Shown here: one piece after another, positions 28,192 through 41,159 of the stretch
Layout: the number at the start of each line of letters is the position of its first letter
Position numbering within the stretch: position 1 is the first letter of the stretch
DNA from: Octopus vulgaris
Taxonomy: Eukaryota
Assembly (NCBI GenBank): GCA_951406725.2
Contig: OX597815.1
Span: 170,190,001-170,254,000 of the forward strand
Length of the DNA stretch: 64,000 bases
Direction of reading: 5' to 3'
Notes under the pieces: model-generated
What the model was told of the DNA's origin: nothing
Seen by the model: only the letters and a program-made list of their open reading frames with translations
The model's database searches: none
Program-made: the position numbers and the translations under genes

Positions 28192-28751
28192 ATACACCAA
28201 AACAATCCATCACCGAGGCAATCCTTAACTCTTTTACTGTAAGAAAGTTAGATTTTTAAGCAGTAAAATATTTATGAATTTGAAAATATCCACATTTTCT
28301 ACACCATTTTTCTCAACGAAAATGTTTTGTACAAAACATACTGTTATGATTACATACATTATGGACCACTACACTGTAAAAGACTATTTTAATTAACATC
28401 GTTCTCTATGTGTGTTTTAAGCAATAAACGTTTCTACTATTAATATTTCTCTTTTGCCATTACTCTATCACAATGACCTCTGTTTTTCGAGATCTAAATG
28501 ACTGAACATTAGTTCACCCATATATATACATCGAAGTTTTGTCACCTATTGTTAACTTATTTTGCATGCCTACAATTCCCAAAAAATGCATTTCTGGTGA
28601 AGATTTCCATCTTAGATACTCTTCCTATGAATTCTTCTTTCCAACATTGAACTGCATATTAAAATAGTATATTAGCCACTCATATATTTTAGTTTAATAT
28701 CATTAAAGAAAAGTATAGCAGTTTTACTTTATTTTACATTAACTAATTATA
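28192..28751 (+). repeat. ~560-bp direct repeat, copy 2
   Basis: Nearly identical to 26024-26578. Confidence 0.92.
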
Positions 28752-29175
28752 TAAAGAACCATGTCTTTTAATGTTGTAATGGACATTTATGTTTTGTTTC
28801 ATCACGCATGTCTTCAACCGAGCAGAAATACTCACACATACAGGATAGCATATACTTCTTGTCACTTCGCTAATAAGCACGTGTGTTAGGCTCTCTGCTC
28901 TTTTGCCACTGTTCTTATGTGTATCAAGTTAACACATGAAGTCGTGACAAAGCCTATCAATCCAGAATATAAAAAGTGAGAACTATTTCATGATGGTCAT
29001 TAAATGAACTTTAAGGAAAATTTTATTTGGTTTGTTATTGCACTTGGGAGTCGTTAGTTTGCTCATGTTGTTCTAGGTATATTTTATATTGATAGCTTTG
29101 TTTGGATGGTTATAATGGATAATTATATCGCAATTTCTGATTTTAGTGTAACTGTACTATATATATGTATATATA

Positions 29176-29360
29176 TACGGAGAATTCACAAAACAAACCA
29201 AAAGACGAAGACATGTGGTGTAGACAACAAATAGATATATCAGTATAACGCTCGGGAAGTGAAAAAGTCTTTAACGTTTCGAGCCTACGCTCTTCCACAG
29301 AAAGAAACAAGGAGAGAAAATAAAGAATGTATAGTGGCTAGCCATCAATCATGGCAAAGT
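29176..29360 (-). mobile_element. Penelope-like pLTR remnant with hammerhead-like motif
   Basis: Minus strand TCTTT-CTGTGGA-AGAGCGTAGGCTC-GAAACGTT-AAAGA; embedded between TA repeats. Confidence 0.55.
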
Positions 29361-29392
29361 ATGGACAGAAGGGTCATACAGAAGAGCCATAT

Positions 29393-29488
<96 letters not shown>

Positions 29489-29521
29489 TATATGTATGTA
29501 TGTATGTATATATGTATGTAT

Positions 29522-30005
29522 GTCACTTCTAATTTTTAATCTTCCACTTAGGAGGGAGCCGGTTTCCAATAGAGACAAAGCTACATCTTTGGGATGTAGT
29601 CCACATAGACAAATTCACATTGGAAATTGGGAAAAGTCTTGCATAATTTTACTGTTCCACTCACAGATTGCTCTCTTAATGTACGAATTAGCCGGTCGAT
29701 TTCTCTTTCTGAAAATCCCAGTTTATCCAGATTCTTCTTTAAGCTTTTACTAACAAAACCTTGTGCTCCAATTATTATTGGTATGAATATGAATTCATAA
29801 TCTGGATATAGAAGTTGGAGGTTTCGAAACAGTTGTCCATAGATATCTTTTTTTCTTTGATTTTCAGAGATATTTATATCTGCAGGGCAGCTGACCTCTA
29901 TGACCTTTGCCCTTTGTCCCAAACGACAATATCCAGCAAATTATGTTTAAATTTCACTGACGGTTTGAATGGAATATTCGACAAGTATTCTTTGAGATGG
30001 TGTTT
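29522..30005 (-). pseudogene. 3' end (restriction-like endonuclease) of a divergent R4/Dong-like element
   Basis: KVIEVSCPADINIS..KDIYGQL..FIPIIIGAQG, homologous to IDMTVPIDINVS..KYKDL..IPVVIGALG. Confidence 0.75.
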
Positions 30006-30074
30006 ATGAATGTATGCATGTATGTAAAACAGACACATACAGACACACACACATATATGTATATTAATATTAGA

Positions 30075-30258
30075 CTATAGAATCGTTAGCAAAGCCGTTT
30101 TTTGCTTTTTGGGTTCAAATTCCGCCGAGTACGATTTTTGCCATTCATCCTTTCATGGTCGATAAAATAAGTACCAGTTGAGCACTGGGGTCGTTGTTGT
30201 AATCTACTTATCTCCTCCACTGAAATTGCTGGCCTTGTGCCAAATTAGAAACCAATAT
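30075..30258 (+). mobile_element. SINE family A monomer
   Basis: GTTCAAATTCCGCCGAG..CATCCTTTCATGGTCGATAAAATAAGTACCAG. Confidence 0.7.
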
Positions 30259-30418
30259 TAAATTATTGAAATCATAGTTGCTAAACCAATTCAGTGGTTT
30301 TTCATTTGATCGACCCCTACCATAAACGGCTGTTAATGACAAGGATAATTCTGGAATAGATTTGAACTCTTCAGTTACAGATATCCGAATCTCCTGTTAA
30401 CGATACATAAGATATCAC

Positions 30419-31172
<754 letters not shown>

Positions 31173-31259
31173 CTTTACTTTGATACTTTGATAGGTTTCG
31201 GCCATTATTGGCCCAGGCCATGTCTAACTTAATAGCACCACCTGGTGAAGTCTTTCAAG

Positions 31260-32690
31260 TCAGAATTTGGGCACTATGGCCCACTCAAGTAGAGAGTTAT
31301 TGTTTACAGAGACATATCCGGGTGTAGGGGGTTTATCCGGGATTTCTTGAAGGAATCTGTCCAAAGACTTCTTGAACCCTATAGGGTCAGTTTCTGTTTT
31401 AATGTGTTTTGGTGTAATGTTAAAGAGAGCGGGGCCAATTGAGGTGAAATAATTGTGCCGTATTGTTGTTATGAGATGAGAGTGCGATTTTTGTTTTGGG
31501 CGGATGGCACGGGGCCCAAGCCTTGGATGTACCTTAAAGGTGATGCCAACATCATTTGGGCAATGCTGATGGAATATTTTCCACATCATGCAGATGATGT
31601 AGCGCTCACGACGACGTTGGAGAGAATAGAGTTTTAGCTTTTCTAGTCGACCCCAATAGTCGAGGCCTGTCATGCCATCTATCTTTTTTGTGATTGCCCT
31701 TTGAGGTGCTTCGACTTTTTTGATACCTTGTATTGTGTGGGGAGACCACAGTGGACAACAGTATTCAAGGTGGGGTCGGGCAAAAGTGGAGAAGAGAAGG
31801 ATAATGGTGTGGATATCTCTCGACTGGAAAGTTCTGAGAATCCAGGAACACATTCTGCGGGCCATGTCAACTTTGGTGTTTATATGAGTGGCCCAGCTTA
31901 CGTTGTTGTCCACAATTACTCCCAAGTCTCTGATGTTGTTGGACGCCGCGAGAGTTTCACCTGAAGGAAGGGAGTATGGGAGTTTCAGGGCATCCTCTTT
32001 TCCAAAGTGGATTAGCTCAAATTTATCCTCGTTCAGCAGCATATTGTTTTTTTCTGCCCATTGGATAACAGCCAGTAGATCTGACTGAAGGCATGTCCGG
32101 TCACTCGCCTCATTTATGACCTTCTGTATCTTGGAGTCATCTGCAAAGATTTTTATGTTGCTGTGCTTGATGATGTCATTAATGTCATTAATGTAAATGA
32201 TGAAAAGAAGAAGTGGGCCCAGCACAGTGCCTTGCGGAACGCCACTACTGACTTTGGCTGGGCTTGATTTTACCCCTTCAACTACAACATGTTGAGATCT
32301 GTCTGTCAGGAAACACTTAATCCATTTCAGTAACTTTCCAGAGACACCAATGTTGGATAGTTTTTTCAATAGGATCTTGTGATCGACCCTGTCGAAGGCC
32401 TTACTGAAATCAAGGTAGATGACATCGGTGTTGGAGCCCTCTCCCAAAGCTCTCAAAATGTCCTCAAAGTGATGCAGGAGCTGCGTTAGGCAGTCCCTTC
32501 CATTACGGAACCCATGTTGGTTGGAGATCAGCCGTCTGTTGCTTTCCAGAAATTGGGTTATTTGAGATCTCACCACCCTCTCAAATACCTTGATGATATG
32601 AGAGGTGAGTGAGATCGGACGGTAATTCACTGCAAGGGACTTGTTTCCCTTTTTGAAAACTGGGACAACAGACTGGGACAGAAGGTTTTT
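31260..32690 (-). CDS. LINE ORF2 C-terminal part: reverse transcriptase
   Basis: NYRPISLTS, QHGFR, YLDFSKAFDRVDH, GVPQGTVLGP, FADDSK, RDLGV, RPHLEYC, LYSLQRRRER; continues the upstream ORF across a 1-nt frameshift at 32686-32690. Confidence 0.93.
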   Translation of the reverse strand, partial: KNLLSQSVVPVFKKGNKSLAVNYRPISLTSHIIKVFERVVRSQITQFLESNRRLISNQHGFRNGRDCLTQLLHHFEDILRALGEGSNTDVIYLDFSKAFDRVDHKILLKKLSNIGVSGKLLKWIKCFLTDRSQHVVVEGVKSSPAKVSSGVPQGTVLGPLLLFIIYINDINDIIKHSNIKIFADDSKIQKVINEASDRTCLQSDLLAVIQWAEKNNMLLNEDKFELIHFGKEDALKLPYSLPSGETLAASNNIRDLGVIVDNNVSWATHINTKVDMARRMCSWILRTFQSRDIHTIILLFSTFARPHLEYCCPLWSPHTIQGIKKVEAPQRAITKKIDGMTGLDYWGRLEKLKLYSLQRRRERYIICMMWKIFHQHCPNDVGITFKVHPRLGPRAIRPKQKSHSHLITTIRHNYFTSIGPALFNITPKHIKTETDPIGFKKSLDRFLQEIPDKPPTPGYVSVNNNSLLEWAIVPKF

Positions 32691-34297
32691 GGAATATAGC
32701 CAGCATCCAGTGAGTTTCTCCACAGATTAGCAAGGGGAGATGCAAGTTGGTGTCGACACACCTTCAGGACACAAGCAGGGAACCTATCGGGGCCTACTGC
32801 TGAATTGTGTTTTATTTCGTTTATCGCCGCTAAGACATCAGGGGCACTAAACGTTATGTCCGATATAGTGTGTTGGGGGTTGACATCACTGATACAGCCC
32901 AGATCGGCCATATCAGGATTGCTGAAAACAGAGCAGTATTGTTTCTGCAGTATCTCGGCCATGGATTTGGCATTATCTTGGAGAGTGCCAGTTTCGTCAA
33001 TTAGAGGGCCTACAGTGGAGACAGTGACCCTGCGTTTCCTCGCAAATGAAAAGAACACTTTGGGGTTGAGTTTGATTTTTTCAATGGCCCACTTCTCCTC
33101 AGCTGATCTTTGGTTATTGATGAGGGACTTCATGCATTGTTGGAGGTTATATTTTTTGGATTCAAGCAGTGCGATAGCCGTCGAATGTGTGTGTTGCTGT
33201 TGGCAGTACTTTAGTTTGTTAATTTTTTTGTTTGTTCTTTTTATTTTTCTGATAATGGTTTTTCTGTTTTGGGGGATTCTGCACTTTTTGTTCACAGGTC
33301 TTGGTGGGGAGTGTTTTGCACATATGTCTGTGACGGTGTCTACAAAGATCTGCCAAGATGTTTTATGGTTGGTGGAGATGTGTGTATGTGTAAAGGACCA
33401 GTCAACATTTGATAGCTCGTTCCTGATTGCATCCCAGTTGGCTTTATGGAGATCCATGTTGTCAAATGGGTGGGCTGGAGGAAGGTCACTAGGATTAGCT
33501 TTCGGCTGGTGGAATTTCATGTTACAGAGAACCATGTCATGGTCTGAAAGAAGGGTTTTTTCCACTGTAACGTTATGTATAGTGTTAGTGTGGTTACTAA
33601 ACACTAGGTCCAAAATGTTCTGATGTCTTGTTGGTGCAAGGACAAGTTGGGACAAGAAAAACTCATTCGTAAAGTCGAAAAGTGACTCTGCTGCTTCTTT
33701 GTCAGCGGTTGAGGCGGGAGTGCTTGGTTTCAAACAGTTTGTAGTCCAGTCAACACAGGGTAGATTGAAGTCTCCCATCATGAGTATGTTGCTAGAATGG
33801 CACTGTTGAATAAAGCACTTAATGCTGTTGAGGCATTCTTTAAAGCACAGTATGGGTGTTTGGGGCGGCCTATAGAGCCCAATTACTGTCAGATCATTGG
33901 CTTTGTTGTGCACGGTGACTGATTCACAGTAGCCGTTGGAGAATATACTATTTCCATCTGCCGTAAATGAATCATGCAGGAAAATGGCAGTTCCACCCTT
34001 CCTCCTGCCGATACGATCCGCGCGGATGGTTGTGAAATTCTTCACTCTCACTTCGGCTTCCAAGTGGGAGTTGTCAAGGTGGGTCTCAGTGAGAATGAAG
34101 AAAGGGATGTGGTGTGAATGGTTACCAACCCAGTCTTCAATGAATTGGACCTTCCATTTTTGTGCATTGATGGAAGGGCTGACACCTTGTGCATTGAGTA
34201 GGAATGTGGAGGTTAGTGTAGTGGCTGGTTTTGACTGTTGCAGGGGGCTTGGATTTTTTGTGTGTGTTAGTGGCAGCAATGTGGGGAATTGGTGCAC
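32691..34297 (-). CDS. LINE ORF2 N-terminal part: apurinic-like (APE/EEP) endonuclease + linker
   Basis: LLNAQG, LTETHL, RADR..KGGTAI, LYRPP, MGDFNLP, PTR..NILDLV, SDHDMV, SAVGPD. Confidence 0.92.
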
Positions 34298-34443
34298 TGG
34301 GGTAATAGCATAGGATGGTGTTGAGTGATGGCTAGAATGTTTTTGTGTATCTCTTTTGCCATGTTCAACATGGCTAAAAAAGAATTTTCCTGCTTAGGGA
34401 GCAGTTTTTGGCTGGAGGTGTGGTTGCACTGTTGGATAGATAC

Positions 34444-35221
<778 letters not shown>

Positions 35222-35241
35222 ATACACACACACACACACAC

Positions 35242-35339
<98 letters not shown>

Positions 35340-35993
35340 TTACACGCTCATTAATCTAGATGCATACAAAATGCATATTTTATTAAGTAGTGTGAGGAAG
35401 AATGCTGATGTTATTAACCGCTACTAATCCTTTCAGACCAATAAAGTTCACACAGTTGAGTTTTACTTCAAAGTGGATTTCCACTAAGCTGCAAATCTGG
35501 TAAAGAAAAAATGGACTGCATTTGTATTTAGAACATGGTATATGTTGCATTCATTTAATGAAATGACGAAGATTTCTGTGAATCGTTTAACAGCTGCGTT
35601 TTGTTAAAATTAGTTAACGCTGCAAATATCAGACGGGCGGATACCATTTTTAATAGCAATAGTAGGAGTGTATCGTCTCTGAAGAAAGTGATTGCTGTGT
35701 ATTTTTTGCTCAAATCTTGTGTATCGAGTAGAATTGCTGGTATGTAGAATATGATTATGCAGTCAATGTACCGGCTCAGGTATCCGAGTGGTATCCAAAA
35801 TCGGTGTACTTGTAAATCAGGAAAACCTTTTTTTGAACAGTTATGTTATACATAGTAGGTCACCGAAAAAGATTTTCAGATGATGGAGGTTACATTGGAG
35901 TTCGTTTTGTGGTTTTCCCCCGTGTCAGTCCTGATGGAACAGAATTATGGGGTCCATACTACCGATTCCATCTTTCCTTCGGGAACTGTGTGT

Positions 35994-36260
35994 GTAGAAA
36001 CATGTTACTCGAAGGTGGTATATTTCTGAAAGGGATTTGGTTGCTATTTCTTACAGGTTAAGGGACATCGGAGATACCTCTTGTAGAAACTTATTACTCG
36101 AAGGTGGTATATTACTGAAAGGGATTTGGTTGCTATTTCTAACAGGTTAAGGGACATCGGAGATACCTCTTATAGAAACATATTACTCGAAGGTGGTATA
36201 TTTCTGAAAGGGATTTGGTTGCTATTTCTAACAGGTTAAGGGATAGCGGAGATACCTCTT
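35994..36260 (+). repeat. Three tandem 89-bp units, probably the triplicated end of an interspersed repeat
   Basis: Units start TAGAAAA-like motif (G/A)TAGAAAC at 35994, 36083, 36172. The GATTTGGTTGCTATTTCT..CAGG motif recurs inverted near 44865-44890 and 54765-54805. Confidence 0.85.
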
Positions 36261-37045
36261 GTTGGTTCGGTCAGTTGTATCTTTTCAGGCGTAGAGGTAT
36301 AGTTTTGAAGTAACGTAAATGTACTCAATCTAAATTGCAAAATATAAGCACGCCAGAACATATTCTCAGAGTAATGAATGAATCATCCACGCATAAATCC
36401 ACGCAGAATATATACTTAAATGAGCAGCAAGTGCAAGAAAGTCTATACAATTCTAAAGGAAATCTACACATATAGAAACACATATCTCCAACTATACACA
36501 TAACACAATGACTTGTATTGATATCCAGTAAAATTTCTTGTTGCGTGTGAACTTGAGGCATTGGAGACGATAAGGGCAATAAAGATATAAAAATACGTCA
36601 ACCAATATTACTTAACATAGAAAAGTCAGTGCAGTTTTCACCAATTAGTACTATACGATTCTTGTAGTATTTGATTTAATCGATATACAACGCACATGCT
36701 TGTTTTACGTCAATTTTACGCCAATCATTACAGAACACGTCAACGAACAGAGTTTACTGCTCGAGTACAGTGTACGTCACTTCGCAGAAGCATTATAATT
36801 CCTACGGAATGTACGCCAGTCCATAGAGAATAGATATTTCAGTTCATTTCTATTCCTCCAGTGCACAACAGCAAACACAATATACGTAAATCAATGCACA
36901 CCATGTGGCAAAGTTTGCAACATTCAATGTAATTCATCCAGTCAATACAGTTCCCAATTAATCATTAGTATCAATAGTAGTCAGAATAATGAGCAGTACG
37001 TTGTCAAACTTCACAGTCATTTACAACTATTGACTCGCACTCTGT

Positions 37046-37397
37046 GAAGGCGCATGTCTCAGTGGTTAGAGCATCGAGCTTTCGATCGTGAGGTTGTGAG
37101 TTCGAATCCCAGACCGGGCCGCGTGTTGTGTTCTTGAGCAAGACACTTTATTTCACGTTGCTCCAGTTCACTCAGCTGTAGAAATGACTTGCCACGTCAC
37201 AGTTGCGAAGCTGTATCGGCCTTTGCCTTTCCCTTGGATAACATTGGTGGCGTGGAGAGGGGAAGCCGGTATGCATGGGCAACTGCCGGTCTTCCAGAAA
37301 CAACCTTGCCTGGACTTGTGCCTGCCTTGGAGGGCAACTTTCTAGGTGCAATCCATGGTCAGTCATGACCGAAGGGGATCTCAGCATCAGCAGCAGC
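37046..37397 (+). mobile_element. Full-length tRNA-derived SINE (family C) with 17-bp TSD
   Basis: A-box TCAGTGGTTAGAGC, B-box GTTCGAATCCC, (CAG)n tail; ATTGACTCGCACTCTGT at 37029-37045 and 37398-37414. Confidence 0.9.
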
Positions 37398-39217
37398 ATT
37401 GACTCGCACTCTGTATCTCTTCTATCGTTACTACAGCCGTCTCTGTATCTTAAAGTGTTCAATGGAACTCGCTCAGCCTGATTTCTCTCGATACCCTCCT
37501 TCATCCACACTTTTGTGCTTTACTATGAGTCCATTCAAAATGCTTTATCCAATTTGCCTTCAGCAAGACTTCGAGTCTTCTATAAAACCATGGCTCATTA
37601 TTTCCCTCTTTGCATTAATATAGAAATGTTCAAAATTAACGTTTACCGAATCAATGTCTATTAAATATATTTACCATCATAACTGATTTAAGAGAGCTTA
37701 AAAAGTTTTTAAAAAACATGTTTAAATTATTAAATTGCTACTCATATAGCCACACATATACACCCACCCACACGTACACATGACTACTCACCCATTCATA
37801 AGCATTTAAATGTACATGTATTTGTGTGTGAGTATGTACAGAAAAGACAGACATTTGAAATGATTTATTTAAATGCAAAAGAATACATCAGTAATGCAAT
37901 TAAGTCTATACGAAGCGTCAGAGACAAACTCAGCCGAAGGTCTATGCTGAAGATTAATCCCTACCCATAAATTCAAAACAGTAACCTCAAAAGTATTCAA
38001 TATTGTCTCTGATATAAAATCAAATTACAGATCAGTTTATTATTCAGTTCTATTCTATGAATTATATAATTTACATTCAGTCCATCTGTCGCCAACTATA
38101 AACAATACGTCATTTGTTTGAACGAAAAAAATCTTGACTAATAAACATTATTTCGTTGTCGAATGTTGAGTTAAGCCATATACAAATGCTCATGTATTTC
38201 AAAATCGATGATTATATTTTAAAGTCAATAGAGATACACATGTTGTACCTACTTCAATTATTTATTTAGGTCACTATCTTTCCTTTCATAAATCTTACCA
38301 GACTTTACATTATATCACCTTTTTACTCTGAATTTATGTTTTTCATGCAAATACCCTAAATATACTGTTTCGGCAAAAATATTGATTTTTTTTTTAATGC
38401 GGACACGATAATAGAGATTTAGTAAAAGAAATTACAACACATCAATACAAGCATTTATTTCTCTCTCGTCAATGTTACAATGGTATGTTAATTAAAATGC
38501 GCCAATATAGAAACGAACCCGTGACGCAAACAATGTTTGGTCCGACTCGTTTCTACAAAAAATTATAGCCTTTTGTCGGATAATTTCCCCACTTTTTGAT
38601 ATAAGAACAAATGGAATTTTCGGAATGTCATGGCATACCCAAAGCCATTGAAACATTCAAAGGTTAAACTATATCAGCAGTTTTAAGAATCAAAACCACG
38701 CGCCTTTTCACAACTTTTTTTTTATTTTCTTACAGACATATTACAGTGTCCAGATACAGCAGGGCGATAAACCCAGTGCGCGTCTCAAAATGAACTTCAC
38801 CACTGAAACAAATCCATTAATCATAAAATTACAGTCGGTACACTACTCCAGCTCAACGGAAGTTTCAGTCACAAGTTCAGAGGTTTGCTTCTGTCTGCGC
38901 AAAAATATTGAGCATGCCAAATATATTTTATTGGAGGGTTACCGGGCAAGTTTTGAAAAAGTGTTCACTCTATTTCTTCTTCTATCCTTCTCATCTAGTT
39001 TCCTTTAAATACAAATATACATACATACTCACAAATAGACACATATACATACACATGCGCACACACACAGACGCATACAGATTTTTTTTTTTTACATCAG
39101 AAAATATCAGTTTCTCCCTTGGCAGCTCAGCAAACGGTCAAACACTGGAAAAAACTCTCATTTGTCGATCTAATAATTATATCTCTCTAATCAATAGAAT
39201 GTAAAGTTCCATATCAT

Positions 39218-39282
<65 letters not shown>

Positions 39283-39829
39283 ATGTGTAGATATAGATGT
39301 ATGTGCATGCTTGTGTGAGTGCGCATTTTTCTTCTTGAACCTACATGGAAGATTGTTAACTGTAAGGTAGATGAAATAGCTTTAACAAGAGTCGATAGTG
39401 AATTAATGTAAAGTGTTTCCTATTGGGAATGAAATTGCGCGAAGTCTTCATTTGCTTGGAGCTACAGTACGAATTTGTTACCCGTAGAGTATTGACAGGA
39501 ATAGTTGATCATTTTTTTATTTTTTTATTTATTTGATACACTGTTTCTTCTCATGTCTAATAAGTGACTTGTTCTTTCGGAAATCTAAGCAGCTTTTTTT
39601 TCTTTCTTTCTGACACTGACACTGTTCAGAAGTTGTTAAAACCATTCATGAAAATAGTTTTTGTTGCATACATCAGAACCAGCAATCTGCTTTCGAATAT
39701 ATATTTTTCCCTCCCTTTGTCTCTCTCTGTATAAATACAAATATACATACATACATACGTACACACACTTACACACAGACATACGAGTGTGTGTATGAAT
39801 GTCTTTCTGATTATCTATGTATTTATGGT

Positions 39830-39876
<47 letters not shown>

Positions 39877-40567
39877 CAAGTGTGTGTGTGTTTGTTTGTG
39901 TATAAAGAGAGAGAAAGGCAGGGAGAGAGAGATTGAGTTAGAGAGAGAGGGAGAGAGACTGAGGGAGAGAGAAAAGCAGACCAATAAATATAACGATCGA
40001 TTGATAAATAGACAGGTAAATATATATGGGTTTCAAAAGTAATTTGTTTCTCGTTATTCCAAAGTACAGTCTTCACTCATTCGCGTACTCATTATGGTTG
40101 TCTTGATTGATATAAGTTATCTTATTACTTTATTAATTAACTGCCTTAAGGCAATGAATGACATGATCTGTGGAGAATCATAGACATGTCTTGCAGTTTT
40201 CATTTATGTTCAGTATTGGCTTCACCAAAAATTGTTCTAGAGTCGATAAAATAAGTACCAGTTCATTCCTTAGGCCTAATATTACAGCTACAGTCACCCG
40301 AAGAAGAATAAAACTGTTGTAAGCTTGTTCCAGAGTTTGATACCAGAAATTACGGCAATGTGGATTTACTCTTAATAAATGAAACTCTTGGAATATCAGA
40401 AGCAATATCATGATCAGTGGTGAAGTACGGAGAAGTAAAAAACGCCGCATGAAACGCTCCATACCAAGGGTTTTGGGACTATGGTACACAATAGAAAGTG
40501 CGCGACTATGTCAGATATGAAAAAGCACTGAAAACTTAAAGTAATCTCAACTGATTTATTGAATAGT

Positions 40568-40760
40568 CTTTTATCCTTTATCTATGTCAGTCTGTGGACT
40601 GCAGCCATGCTAGGACACCACCTTGAAGGGTTTAGTTGAGTTCATAGATACAAGTATTTATTTTTGAAGTTAGATCTGCCTGTCTCTTTAACGAGCTGCT
40701 ATATTTCGTGGATATAAACGAACCTACACTGGTTGTCAAATGGTTGTGTGTGTGGGAAAG
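40568..40760 (-). mobile_element. SINE family B, 3' half, diverged
   Basis: Reverse complement similarity to the tail of 52435-52840. Confidence 0.55.
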
Positions 40761-40811
40761 AGAAACAAGCACGCATACTCGCACATACATTCACGTACAT
40801 ACATATACATA

Positions 40812-41090
40812 CGGAGGCGCAATGGCCCAGTGGTTAGGGCAGCGGACAGGCGTTGTGAGTGTTTATTGAGCGAAAACACCTAAAGCTCCACGAGGCTCCG
40901 GCAGGGGATGGTGGCGATCCCTGCTGTACTCTTTCGCTACAACTTTCTCTCAGTCTTTCTTCTGTTGGCCTGCTCGCTTAGCCAGCGCGGTAGCATCATT
41001 TGGAGGCTAAAACAATGCGAAGCGCATTGTGACCAGCGATGTGTAGCAACATCTGATAGCCTGGTCGATCACAGTGATCACAGTGATCAC
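40812..41090 (+). mobile_element. tRNA-derived SINE (family D) inserted in a CA/TA microsatellite
   Basis: GGAGGCGCAATGGCCCAGTGGTTAGGGC head (B-box region apparently deleted), GC-rich body, tandem GATCACAGT tail. Confidence 0.7.
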
Positions 41091-41159
41091 ATATACATAC
41101 ATATAGATAGATACATACATATATATGTGTGTGTGTAGAAGTTCGAAAAGCAAGACACG

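Larger units (their letters stand above)
31173..34443 (-). mobile_element. Young 5'-truncated CR1-group LINE (CR1/L2/Crack/Daphne superclade; clade unresolved)
   Basis: APE + RT ORF2; short 3' UTR with a GGCC-AATAAT-GGCC stem-loop and an (AAAGT)-like tail; TSD ATATATATATTTATATA at 31156-31172 and 34444-34460. Confidence 0.92.

Noticed and set aside
26024-28751. LTR retrotransposon
   Set aside because: No TG...CA termini, TSD, primer-binding site or gag/pol remnants seen.
31190-31225. GGCC-AATAAT-GGCC-GAAAC in the LINE 3' UTR as a hammerhead ribozyme
   Set aside because: No CUGANGA core upstream; better explained as the ordinary LINE 3' recognition stem-loop.
32805-33623. 272-aa ORF antisense to LINE ORF2
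   Set aside because: Shadow frame of the LINE coding strand with no recognisable domain and a non-ATG start.
37046-37120. Functional tRNA gene
   Set aside because: tRNA-like head continues into a SINE body with tail and TSD; no Pol III terminator or proper acceptor end.
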